From: an uncultured Gammaproteobacteria bacterium
GTDB lineage: Bacteria > Patescibacteriota > Microgenomatia > Levybacterales > GWA1-39-11
Reading direction: 5' to 3'
DNA: 64,000 nt
Assembly (NCBI GenBank): GCA_964472415.1
Contig: CAYYLC010000001.1
Span: 131,269 to 195,268, forward strand
The notes beneath the pieces were generated by a model, which was not told where the DNA came from, made no database searches, and saw only the letters and a program-made list of their open reading frames with translations. The position numbers and the translations under genes are program-made. Below are positions 43,717 to 53,647 of the stretch, piece by piece (position 1 is the first letter of the stretch; each line of letters begins with the position of its first letter).

Positions 43717-46042
43717 ATATTTACCGGTATTGTTTATTGTTGCTATTTGGTTTGTGTTTTCTTCACCATTTTTTCTGAAAGAATTAGTTCCATACCCATC
43801 GCTTTTCCAATCAAACTTCTTTTCTCCATGGAGTGCATATTCAGTATATGAAGGACCAGTGAGAAACAATGCAATGCCAGATATTATTACGCAAATTTAT
43901 CCATGGAGAGAGTTTACAATCAACAGTCTAAAAAATGGAGAGATTCCACTATGGAACCCTTATAATTTTTCAGGTACACCACATCTTGCTAATTTTCAAT
44001 CGGCACCATTTTTTCCTTTTAATATTTTATTTTTTCTTCCACTCGAATTTATTTTTTCTTGGAGTATCTTAGTTCTACTCCAGCCGTTGTTTGCAGGTGT
44101 AGGAATGTATGTATTTATTAGGAGCTTGAAGCTTTCAAGAATAGGAGCTGTTATGGCAGCGATCTCTTTCATGTTCTGTGGATTCCTTACAACGTGGATG
44201 GGATATGCGACTCTGGGTTATGCAATTTTGTTTTTACCATTTGCATTATGGGGAGTATATAACTATATAGAAAGTAAAAAAGTTTATTATGGAGTTATTA
44301 TTGCCCTTTTAATTTTATTGAGTGTATTTGCTGGGCATTTTCAAACTAGTGTATATTTTTTAGGAACATTATTGGGATATATTATTTTTGAATCATTAAG
44401 GCATAAGGACAAAAAAGCACTCATATACCTTTTGTGCTGTTTCGCGTTTGGCGTATTGTTGACGCTTCCGCAGGTTTTGCCATCATTAGAGTTTTATGCC
44501 AATTCAGTCAGGGAGGGAATTGTAAGACAGATAGAGGTGATTCCATTCATGTATATACCGACATTAGTTGCTCCAGATTTTTTTGGGAATCCAGTTACGA
44601 GGAATGATTGGTTTGGACATTATGCAGAATGGAGTGGATATGCTGGAGTTATTCCGCTACTTCTCGCATCCTTTGCGAGCATGTCTCTCTTTAGACGTGA
44701 TAAGAGAGTTTTATTTTTTATAATTCTTGCGACGATTTCATTACTCCTTGCATTTCAGACACCAATAAATAACCTCATTTTTGTTTTAAAAGTTCCGTTA
44801 TTTTCTACTAGTGCTGCAAGTAGAATTATTGTATTATTCTCATTTTCAGTTGCAGTTTTGTCAGCATTTGGAATTGATTTTCTTATCAAGAGAGCAAGGT
44901 ATTTGTCATTAAAAAGAATATTATTGTTTCTGTCAATTTGTTTATTGCTCTTAATAGCTTTGTGGTCAGTTCCATTTTTTAAACTTCTTCCAGACAGTGA
45001 AAAGAATCTAATTGCGCAAAGTAATTTAGTATTACCGACGCTTATTATTATTGCATTTTCGGTTTTGATATCTGGGTTATATATTGTTCGGAAAAAGAGA
45101 GTTCTCGTATATGTGGTAAGTACTGTTATTCTTTTGGGAGTTTGTGTTGACATGATGAGATTTTCAATGAAATGGATGCCATTTGAACCGGATGAATTTG
45201 TATTTAAGGACGTAGGGGTTACACAGTTCTATGAGCAGAGTCAAACTGTGGGGAGATATCTGGGAGAATTTTCTGCAGAGAATTCTGTGTATTATAAATT
45301 GCAGACATTAGGAGGATATGACCCGTTGTATTCTGCGCGGTATGGTGAATTTGTGAAATATGTTGAACTGGGACAGAAGGAATCAGGATCACGATCAATT
45401 GTAAGATTCCCGTACAATTCTAAATATGTTGATAAAGCTATAAATTATTTAGGAGTGGAATACATCCCACAAAAAAAATCTGATGATAGGATGCCTTGGG
45501 CATTTCCAATCCAAAATTATCCCGTAGATAGATTTAGTGTTGTGTATGAAGACAATGCTTATCGCATATTCCGAAATAATCAATCATATCCAAGAGTTTT
45601 TGTAGTAGATAGATTTATCATAGAAAACGACGACGAAAAAATGTTAAATATGATGTTCCGCGATGATATAGATTTGAGAAATACTGCAATCCTTGAAAAA
45701 GATCCGGGTATTCGTAATAATGCATCTCCAGCTGCAAACGTTAAGATCGTTGATTATAAAAACAATTCAATTGATGTACGCGTAGATTCTCAAAGTAATG
45801 CACTTTTAGTACTTACTGATAGTTATTATCCAGGATGGAAGGCGTATATAGATGATTCAGAGGTGGAGATTTTGAGGACAAACTACGCATTCCGGGGTAT
45901 TATAGTTCCAGAAGGAAGATCTACAGTCAGGTTAGTATATGAGCCGGATACATTTTTGTATGGAATTTATGGAGTAATTGTAGGGATCGGTGGACTTTTA
46001 GGTATAGCTGTGTATTATAAAAGATATGAAAGAAAAAATTGA
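43697..46042 (+). CDS. YfhO-family GT-C membrane protein
   Basis: PLWNPYNFSGTPHLAN, GHFQ, PDFFGNP, GYDPLY, DSYYPGW, RTNYAFRG. Confidence 0.85.
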   Translation: MQEKILKYLPVLFIVAIWFVFSSPFFLKELVPYPSLFQSNFFSPWSAYSVYEGPVRNNAMPDIITQIYPWREFTINSLKNGEIPLWNPYNFSGTPHLANFQSAPFFPFNILFFLPLEFIFSWSILVLLQPLFAGVGMYVFIRSLKLSRIGAVMAAISFMFCGFLTTWMGYATLGYAILFLPFALWGVYNYIESKKVYYGVIIALLILLSVFAGHFQTSVYFLGTLLGYIIFESLRHKDKKALIYLLCCFAFGVLLTLPQVLPSLEFYANSVREGIVRQIEVIPFMYIPTLVAPDFFGNPVTRNDWFGHYAEWSGYAGVIPLLLASFASMSLFRRDKRVLFFIILATISLLLAFQTPINNLIFVLKVPLFSTSAASRIIVLFSFSVAVLSAFGIDFLIKRARYLSLKRILLFLSICLLLLIALWSVPFFKLLPDSEKNLIAQSNLVLPTLIIIAFSVLISGLYIVRKKRVLVYVVSTVILLGVCVDMMRFSMKWMPFEPDEFVFKDVGVTQFYEQSQTVGRYLGEFSAENSVYYKLQTLGGYDPLYSARYGEFVKYVELGQKESGSRSIVRFPYNSKYVDKAINYLGVEYIPQKKSDDRMPWAFPIQNYPVDRFSVVYEDNAYRIFRNNQSYPRVFVVDRFIIENDDEKMLNMMFRDDIDLRNTAILEKDPGIRNNASPAANVKIVDYKNNSIDVRVDSQSNALLVLTDSYYPGWKAYIDDSEVEILRTNYAFRGIIVPEGRSTVRLVYEPDTFLYGIYGVIVGIGGLLGIAVYYKRYERKN

Positions 46043-46769
46043 TGTAGTTATTCTCACCTATAACGAAGAAGAGGTTATAGAAGATGCGATAAAAAGCGTC
46101 AAGAGTTTTGCTGAGAAAATAATAGTAGTGGATTCTGAGTCCAATGATGATACCGGAAGGATAGCAAAAAATAATGGAGCATCAGTGTATATTCACCCTT
46201 TCAAAAATTTTTCTGAACAACGCAATTTTGCGTTACAACTCTCTCATTCTTCATGGATCTTTTATTTAGATGCAGATGAGCGTGTCACAGCAGAATTTAA
46301 AGATGAGTTGTTGGAGGCTTTAAATGAATCTAATTTTAGTGCTTTCATTGTGAAGCGAAGGACATTTTATTTCGGGAAAGATTGGGGATTTGAAGATGAA
46401 GTTCCTAGAATATTTTGGAGGGAGAGTTTTAAGAATTGGACAGGAGTTGTTCATGAGACTCCGCATTTTATGGGAAAATCTGGTAGATTAAAGAATCCTA
46501 TTTTGCATTATACCCATAGAAATCTTCGCCAAATGCTGCAAAAAACAAATGAATGGTCAGAATATGAAGCGAAACTACGTCATGATGCTCATCATCCACC
46601 AATGAAGCCGTGGCGATTTTTGAGGGTTATGGTTTCAGAGTTTTTTAGAAATTATATAAAGCTCAAAGGATATAGGAATGGAACACATGGATTTATAGAA
46701 TCGGTGTATCAGTCTTACTCTATGTTTATTACGTACGCGAAATTATGGGAGCTGCAGAATAAAAAATAA
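46026..46769 (+). CDS. GT2 glycosyltransferase (LgtF/KdtX-like)
   Basis: LTYNEE, FSEQRN, LDADER, VHE. Confidence 0.9.
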   Translation: MKEKIDVVILTYNEEEVIEDAIKSVKSFAEKIIVVDSESNDDTGRIAKNNGASVYIHPFKNFSEQRNFALQLSHSSWIFYLDADERVTAEFKDELLEALNESNFSAFIVKRRTFYFGKDWGFEDEVPRIFWRESFKNWTGVVHETPHFMGKSGRLKNPILHYTHRNLRQMLQKTNEWSEYEAKLRHDAHHPPMKPWRFLRVMVSEFFRNYIKLKGYRNGTHGFIESVYQSYSMFITYAKLWELQNKK

Positions 46770-46770
46770 G

Positions 46771-47028
46771 TTATTTTTTATTTTTCTTTTTAAACCAGGA
46801 CTCCATTTCTTTAAAAGTAAGTTTTTTCTTTGAGAAAAAGAATAGATATGTAACGGCTAGGATTAGGGAAAGGTCTTTGAGGGGGAAAGCAAGTACTAAT
46901 CCAAGCGCTACAAACCAATTTCTTTGTGATTGTTTAGATGCGCGCCAGAGCGCATACGTGTTTGCGAGAATCGATAGGATCGTAACTGCGATACCAAGAT
47001 ACATAAGTGCAGGCGTATTGAGATTCAT
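46771..47028 (-). CDS. Small membrane protein, DUF5652-like
   Basis: YALWRASKQSQRNWFVAL...YLFFF pattern. Confidence 0.6.
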   Translation of the reverse strand: MNLNTPALMYLGIAVTILSILANTYALWRASKQSQRNWFVALGLVLAFPLKDLSLILAVTYLFFFSKKKLTFKEMESWFKKKNKK

Positions 47029-47098
47029 GTCAGACTATACTGTATCATAGCTTTTTTTGCTAATCAATTGTTGATACAATTGTCATGGATTATTTCGC

Positions 47099-48157
47099 AT
47101 GAAAATTGGAATTTATACTCCTTATTTGGATACGATGACCGGTGGAGAATTATATATGCTTTCTATGGCAGAGTTTCTGTCGAAAGAGCATGTTGTTGAT
47201 ATCTTTTGGGATGATAGTAAGATTCTGGAGAAGGCAAAAAAGAGATTTAATCTACATCTGAAAGATGTGCGAATAGTTGAGAATATTTTTTCCTCCAAAT
47301 ATTCTACATTTTTTAGATTTAGAAAAACCTTTCAATATGACAGAATAATTTATTTATCCGATGGGAGCTTGCCCCTCCTCGCACCAAAAAAGCTAATTGT
47401 TCACTTCCAGCAACCTATTAAGAGTAATGATGTTTCTCGATTTCAGATTCTTAGAGCAAAAAATATAAGAAAAATAATTTGCAATTCACTGTATACAAAG
47501 TCATTTATTGATAGAGTGTATAAGGTGGATAGTGAGATCTTATATCCACCGGTCCAGAAAATTCAGACAGTTGCAAAATCAAAGAAAAACATAATCCTTA
47601 CTGTAGGTAGGTTTTATCCATATAAAAATAATAGTGATTATAAAAAAATTGGATTTATGATCGACGCATTTAGAGTAATAAAGCGAAAATATCCAAATTG
47701 GGAATTTCATGTAGTAGTGAGCGTGAAAGATGAGCACGAAAAAGAGTTTAATGAACATATTGTAAAAAAAGCTAAAGATATAGTTATCATAAAAAATGCA
47801 GATTATGGTACGGTGCAGAAAGAATATGGAGAGGCAAAGATCTACTGGCATGCGTCTGGATTTGGTGAGAATATAGAGAAATATCCAGATCGGGCTGAGC
47901 ATTTTGGGATTTCAACGGTGGAGGCGATGTCTGCAGGATGTGTGCCCATAGTGGTAGGTTTAGGAGGCCAGAGAGAGATTATCACCACTGGAAAAAATGG
48001 GTATTTGTGGGATACAGAAGAAGAGCTTGTGCAATATACCCTTGATGTAATTTACGACGAGAAAGAATTAGATAAGCTTTCTTATAATGCTCAGAAAATA
48101 ACCCAACGATTTAATAAAGAAAAGTTCTGTAAACGTTTGCAGGAAATTATTGCATGA
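47099..48157 (+). CDS. GT4 glycosyltransferase
   Basis: GGE, ICNS, YPPV, VGRF, EHFGISTVEAM. Confidence 0.9.
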   Translation: MKIGIYTPYLDTMTGGELYMLSMAEFLSKEHVVDIFWDDSKILEKAKKRFNLHLKDVRIVENIFSSKYSTFFRFRKTFQYDRIIYLSDGSLPLLAPKKLIVHFQQPIKSNDVSRFQILRAKNIRKIICNSLYTKSFIDRVYKVDSEILYPPVQKIQTVAKSKKNIILTVGRFYPYKNNSDYKKIGFMIDAFRVIKRKYPNWEFHVVVSVKDEHEKEFNEHIVKKAKDIVIIKNADYGTVQKEYGEAKIYWHASGFGENIEKYPDRAEHFGISTVEAMSAGCVPIVVGLGGQREIITTGKNGYLWDTEEELVQYTLDVIYDEKELDKLSYNAQKITQRFNKEKFCKRLQEIIA

Positions 48158-50445
48158 AAGAGTTTATTAAAAAAAATCTACTTTTAATAGTTGGCATAAT
48201 TTTTGTATTAGTTTTTTTCTACAAATTTTTCCTTTATGGCTTGCTTCCCATCCCTACCGATAATATTGTAGGCGTATATCATCCATATCGAGATTTTTAT
48301 AGTACTGAATATCCAAGAGGAATTCCATTTCAAAACTTTCTTGTCACAGATCCCATTCGTCAACAGTATTTATGGAAAGAGCTCGCAGTTTATTCATTGA
48401 AACAAGGAGAATTGCCATTATGGAATCCGTATAACTTTTCAGGCTATCCACTCCTTGCAAACTTTCAGTCAGCAGTTTTTTATCCACTAAATATTTTACT
48501 GCTTGTGGCACCATTTGAATATGGATGGTCTATGCTGATTATTTCCCAAATGCTCCTCTCGTTTATTTTTACGTTTCTTTATATAAAAAATCTTAGATTA
48601 AGTAGTGGGGCAGCTTTTGTGGGAGGACTCGCTTTTTCATTTTCTGGATTTGCAATTTCTTGGCTTGAGTGGGGTAATATCTTGAGTACTGCGTTATGGT
48701 TGCCATTGATTCTTCTCAGTATTGATAAGATATTTAGTAATAAAAAATATCAGAAATTATATGTTAGGAATTTATGGGGCTGGATATTTTTGATGTCACT
48801 TGTTTGTTCTTTTTTTGCAGGACATCTGCAAACATTTTTTTATCTTGCGGTAACTGCTTTTGCTTATATCATGGTGCGGTGGTGGAAAAGTTCGCGAAGT
48901 AGTAAGCCTTTATTATTATTTAGCGTTATGCTGTTTGCTTTTATTGTAATAACTGCAATTCAGTGGGTGCCGACATTACAGCTTATTAGTCTGTCTGGAC
49001 GGGAAATAGATCAGATAAGTTCACAGATTGAGGGATGGTTTATTCCCTGGCAAAATTTAGCGCAATTCATTGCTCCTGATTTTTTCGGAAATCCTGCAAC
49101 GCTTAACTATTGGGGAGTTTGGAATTATGGTGAATTTATCGGATATGTCGGTATCCTTCCACTTATTCTTGCACTAGGAGCAGTTTTATTGATACGAAGA
49201 GAAATAGTTATTTTCTATAAAATACTGTTGTTTTTGAGCTTCCTATTTGCTTTTCCTACCGTTATTTCAAAAATTCCATTTGTTCTAGAAATTCCATTTC
49301 TTGCGTCAGCACAGCCTACGAGATTATTATTTCTTATGACGTTTTCGCTGAGTATTTTGTCAGCATTTGGGTTTGATTACTTCCAAAATCATAGAAAAAG
49401 AATTTTGCTGCCACTGTTTCTTGTAGGATTATTTCTCGCTGCATTATGGATTATTGTTTTGAAAAATGATATTCTCCCTTCTTATTTCGAGATAGACACA
49501 GCAAATCTAGTTGTCTCCAAAAGTAATCTCAGGCTCCCTACTGCAGTTTTTAGTGCAACAGTTCTCTTGTTTTTATTTTTTATCTTTCTTCCAAAAAATC
49601 TTTTAAAGAAGAGAGTGTTCTTTGGGGTATTATCCTTAATTATTTTCATATTTCTTCTCGACATATTTCGATTTGCTGACAAATATACAGTGTTCTCAGA
49701 GAGAGAATATCTTTATCCTGAGACGAAGACTCTTTCATATTTAGAGGACCAAGAAGGGAATTTTCGTATTATGGGGACTGATTCCCGTGTGTTACCGCCT
49801 AATTTTACTATTAATTATCGGTTGCAGAGTGTTGATGGATATGATCCCTTGTATTTATTGCGATACGCTGAGTTGACAGCGGCTATCGGACGGAGTAATC
49901 CCGACATAAAACCACCATTTGGATTTAATCGAATTATCACACCTCAAAATTATCATGATGAAATTATAAATATTTTGAATATTGAATACATTCTTTCATT
50001 AACAGATATAGAAATTACTGAATATGAAAAAGTTTTTCAAGAACAAGAGACAAGGGTGTATAAAAATAATAGAGCTATTGATAGAGCATTTTTTGCAGGA
50101 GAGACGATTGTAGCACATGATAGGCAAGATGCAATCGAAAAGATTTTTGAAAATAAAGATAATTTGGACCTCGTTGCGATTGTTGAAGGGGAGAATGTTC
50201 AGAAATTTAATCGCGAATGGTCAACAGGTATTACAAAAGTAATTTCTTACGAACCGAATAGAGTTGAGATAGAGGTTCAAAATGATAAAGATGGTTTTCT
50301 CGTATTATCTGATAGCTTTTATCCAACATGGCGTGTTAGTATAGATGGAAAGCCGACAGAAATTATTCGAACAAACTATAATTTCCGTGGTATAGTTGTT
50401 CCCAAGAATAGTTCTCAAGTAATATTTACGAACCATCTTTTTTAA
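48154..50445 (+). CDS. YfhO-family GT-C membrane protein
   Basis: PLWNPYNFSGYPLLAN, GHLQ, PDFFGNP, DGYDPLY, DSFYPTW, RTNYNFRG. Confidence 0.85.
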   Translation: MKEFIKKNLLLIVGIIFVLVFFYKFFLYGLLPIPTDNIVGVYHPYRDFYSTEYPRGIPFQNFLVTDPIRQQYLWKELAVYSLKQGELPLWNPYNFSGYPLLANFQSAVFYPLNILLLVAPFEYGWSMLIISQMLLSFIFTFLYIKNLRLSSGAAFVGGLAFSFSGFAISWLEWGNILSTALWLPLILLSIDKIFSNKKYQKLYVRNLWGWIFLMSLVCSFFAGHLQTFFYLAVTAFAYIMVRWWKSSRSSKPLLLFSVMLFAFIVITAIQWVPTLQLISLSGREIDQISSQIEGWFIPWQNLAQFIAPDFFGNPATLNYWGVWNYGEFIGYVGILPLILALGAVLLIRREIVIFYKILLFLSFLFAFPTVISKIPFVLEIPFLASAQPTRLLFLMTFSLSILSAFGFDYFQNHRKRILLPLFLVGLFLAALWIIVLKNDILPSYFEIDTANLVVSKSNLRLPTAVFSATVLLFLFFIFLPKNLLKKRVFFGVLSLIIFIFLLDIFRFADKYTVFSEREYLYPETKTLSYLEDQEGNFRIMGTDSRVLPPNFTINYRLQSVDGYDPLYLLRYAELTAAIGRSNPDIKPPFGFNRIITPQNYHDEIINILNIEYILSLTDIEITEYEKVFQEQETRVYKNNRAIDRAFFAGETIVAHDRQDAIEKIFENKDNLDLVAIVEGENVQKFNREWSTGITKVISYEPNRVEIEVQNDKDGFLVLSDSFYPTWRVSIDGKPTEIIRTNYNFRGIVVPKNSSQVIFTNHLF

Positions 50446-51383
50446 TGAAACTAGATATTATAATCCCCAACTATAACGGTTCACATCTTCTTAAGAAAAA
50501 CATCCCTGATATTATCAAAGCGATAAAAGAATACAAGAATATTTCAATTATTGTGGTTGATGACGGATCAAAACCAGAGGATGTTATTACATTACGAAAG
50601 ACGCTCGATGCAGTAAATATGAGCTCAAAAACTCCAGTTATTCTTATTGAGCGAGAAAAGAATGGAGGATTTTCCTCAGCTGTAAACACCGGGGTAAAAG
50701 CAAGTAAGGCAGATTTTGTCTTTCTCCTAAATTCTGATGCAGTTCCTTATAAAGGATTTTTTGAGCCAATCCTAAAGCGATTTGAAGAAAATGAGAACTT
50801 ATTTGGTGTCGGATGTATGGATATCAGTATTGAAGGAGATAGAAAAATAAAGCGGGGACGAGGTGTAGCGTTTTGGAAAAAGGGAATTCTGAGACACAAA
50901 AAAGGAGAGATTAAAAATAGTAGTAATACGTTTTGGATATCTGGGGGAAGTAGTGTGATAAAGAGAGAATTGTACGTAAAATTTAATGGAATGGATGAAA
51001 TCTATAATCCATTTTATTGGGAGGATATTGATCTGTCATATCGGGTTCAAAAAGCAGGATACGAAATAGCATTTGAAGAGGGAAGTATAGTGGAGCACCG
51101 CCATGATGAAGGAGCTATAAAAACACATTTTAAGAAAAATAAAATAACGACGATCGTTTATAGAAATCAATTCATTTTTCATTGGAAAAATATTACTGAT
51201 GGGAAACTTATGGTTTCACATATTTTTTGGCTTCCATTTCATTTGATAAATGCAGCTATTGGGAGAGATTTTAATTTATTACAGGGATTCTTTCAGGCAC
51301 TCAAAAAGTTTTCTGAAATTAGAAGAAAAAGAGATCTACAAAAAAAGCTTTATAAAAGACGAGACACAGAAATTATTAAATGA
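50445..51383 (+). CDS. GT2 glycosyltransferase
   Basis: IIPNYNG, VDDGS, NGGFSSAVN, LNSDA, YWEDIDL. Confidence 0.9.
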   Translation: MKLDIIIPNYNGSHLLKKNIPDIIKAIKEYKNISIIVVDDGSKPEDVITLRKTLDAVNMSSKTPVILIEREKNGGFSSAVNTGVKASKADFVFLLNSDAVPYKGFFEPILKRFEENENLFGVGCMDISIEGDRKIKRGRGVAFWKKGILRHKKGEIKNSSNTFWISGGSSVIKRELYVKFNGMDEIYNPFYWEDIDLSYRVQKAGYEIAFEEGSIVEHRHDEGAIKTHFKKNKITTIVYRNQFIFHWKNITDGKLMVSHIFWLPFHLINAAIGRDFNLLQGFFQALKKFSEIRRKRDLQKKLYKRRDTEIIK

Positions 51384-52081
51384 AATTATCTATTTTAATT
51401 CCGGTCTATAATGAACAGGAGACTGTAGGGGTGGTTTTGGATTCAGTCCAAAAATTAAATGTGCCAAAAATTACGAAAGAAATTATCGTTATTGATGATG
51501 GATCTTCCGATAAGACTCCACAAATTCTTAAAAAAAGAAAAAATATTATACTAATTACTCACAAAAAAAATCAGGGAAAAGGTGCTGCAATCCAATCTGG
51601 ACTAAGAAAAGCAGCCGGAGAAATTATTCTTATTCAGGATGCGGATCTAGAATATAACCCCAAAGATATCCCAAAGCTTATTCAGCCGATAATTGATAAA
51701 GAATATCAAGTAGTATATGGGACTCGTCTTCGCACGAAGCCGGTATTATTTGGAGAGAATAGGACACCACTATTGCTCCATTTTTTTGGGAATAAATTTC
51801 TTAGCATTGTTACTTCAGTTCTGTATGGAAAAAAAATAACAGATATGGAAACAGGGTATAAAGCATTTAGTGAAAAAGCTCTAAAAGGAATCACTCTCCA
51901 TTCTCGATCATTTGACTTGGAGCCAGAAATTACTGCAAAAATATTAAAGAAGGGAATAAAGATCTTGGAGATAGATATCGCGACAAATCCCAGAAATTAC
52001 GATGAAGGAAAAAAAATACGGCCGGTGAAAGATGGCACGAAAGCGTTATGGACGCTTATAAAATATAGATTTTCTGAGTAA
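51380..52081 (+). CDS. GT2, DPM1-like polyprenyl-phosphate glycosyltransferase
   Basis: IPVYNE, DDGSSD, NQGKGAA, QDADLEY, DMETGYK. Confidence 0.9.
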   Translation: MKLSILIPVYNEQETVGVVLDSVQKLNVPKITKEIIVIDDGSSDKTPQILKKRKNIILITHKKNQGKGAAIQSGLRKAAGEIILIQDADLEYNPKDIPKLIQPIIDKEYQVVYGTRLRTKPVLFGENRTPLLLHFFGNKFLSIVTSVLYGKKITDMETGYKAFSEKALKGITLHSRSFDLEPEITAKILKKGIKILEIDIATNPRNYDEGKKIRPVKDGTKALWTLIKYRFSE

Positions 52082-52082
52082 A

Positions 52083-53603
52083 ATGCAAAAGTTTAATATA
52101 AAAGTTATAAGATATTTTTTATCAAAACATTATTTTGGGTTAGGGACAGTATCTATAGTGATATTGGCAGGGTTTTTTAGATTTTGGAATTATGGAAATC
52201 GATGGGGGCTTGCATATGATCAAGGACAATTTGCTGTAGTTGCTCGATATGCGCTTGAGACAGTGCAATTGCCGTTACTTGGTCCCTTTTCTTCAGGAGG
52301 ACCATTTCAAACTGGTGGCGAGTGGTACTGGATTGTCATGCTGGGAACAGCACTGTATCCAAAGTTTGTTTTATCTCCTTGGATATTTGTGACTCTTTTA
52401 ACAATTTTTGCCGTCTTTGTGATGATTATGGTAGGAAAAATATATAACGGAAAAATATTTGGTTTATTACTAGGATTTTTGCTTGCTCTGTCTCCAGTTC
52501 AAATTTATCAATCAACAAACCTTACAAACCAAACTCCTATTGTGCTCTTTTCGGCTCTTACAATATTATTTGCTCTTATATTTACAAAAACGGGTAAAAG
52601 TAAATTTGTTTTCTTCTTAGCGCTTGTTGTAGGAAGCGCTACTTCAGTCCATATTCAGTCAGTTGCACTCATGCCCTTTATATTTTTTGTAATTGTTTTC
52701 TTTAGAAAGAATATATTAAAAAATATTATTCTTATTTCTCTTGGGTTGGGCATTCCGTGGATTCCAGTTCTTATCGCGGATATGCAAAATAATTTTTATA
52801 ACACTACCAGCATGATTATGTACTTTACGAATAATCAGGCCCAGGTTTCGTATGATGTATTGGGGAGAAGATGGCTCACGTTTATAATTGATTTTATTCC
52901 TACATCTTGGGGAAATATTATCGGAGGAAATATAGTATTTGGCTACTTTTTCATAATTACTGCTACTATTTTTGCAGCAAGACGAACTCTGAATAAAAAA
53001 ATAAAGAAAGAAACTCTTGTTATCTTTCTCAGTATTGGAGTTATGTTTATTATTTTGCGCTATGTTAAGACGCCATTATTTGAGAGCTTTTTTGTGTTTA
53101 TTCATCCATTTATTATCCTGGTTTCAGGCTGGACCATTTTCCAAATATTAAAATTGAATCGATTTTTGGGAGTGGCAGTTATGTTTATTATTGCAGCTGG
53201 GAGTATTTATAGTTTTTGGGGACCAATAAATACTGCAACAAATACTACATATGAGAAAGTTCTTACTATTCAAAAGGTTTTATATGAAAGATATCCTAAT
53301 GAAACATTTTCTATATATGATTATCAATCAAATAATAGCAGTATTGTTTTGCCGCTCGTTTTGAATTTATATATTGATGACAGAGTGGGGAATGAAGGGA
53401 GGAGTATAGGTGTATATAGAAGGACACCAGATCATTACATCCAAATAGAGCAAGAGTCTTTATATGGAGATCAAGGTGCGTTGCAAATTTTTGATATATC
53501 TAGTTCAGAGAGTTCACAATTGGAGGATATTGGTTGGAGAAATGATAATCCTGAGACTGTTTACGATGAAACGCAGCATTGGTTTAGGTTTAATACAGAA
53601 TAA
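52083..53603 (+). CDS. ArnT-like GT-C transferase
   Basis: RFWN...YDQG...LPLLGP first loop; polytopic. Confidence 0.7.
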   Translation: MQKFNIKVIRYFLSKHYFGLGTVSIVILAGFFRFWNYGNRWGLAYDQGQFAVVARYALETVQLPLLGPFSSGGPFQTGGEWYWIVMLGTALYPKFVLSPWIFVTLLTIFAVFVMIMVGKIYNGKIFGLLLGFLLALSPVQIYQSTNLTNQTPIVLFSALTILFALIFTKTGKSKFVFFLALVVGSATSVHIQSVALMPFIFFVIVFFRKNILKNIILISLGLGIPWIPVLIADMQNNFYNTTSMIMYFTNNQAQVSYDVLGRRWLTFIIDFIPTSWGNIIGGNIVFGYFFIITATIFAARRTLNKKIKKETLVIFLSIGVMFIILRYVKTPLFESFFVFIHPFIILVSGWTIFQILKLNRFLGVAVMFIIAAGSIYSFWGPINTATNTTYEKVLTIQKVLYERYPNETFSIYDYQSNNSSIVLPLVLNLYIDDRVGNEGRSIGVYRRTPDHYIQIEQESLYGDQGALQIFDISSSESSQLEDIGWRNDNPETVYDETQHWFRFNTE

Positions 53604-53647
53604 CTATTGGAGTTATCGAAGTGATTTACTTATAATAAATAGGTTCA

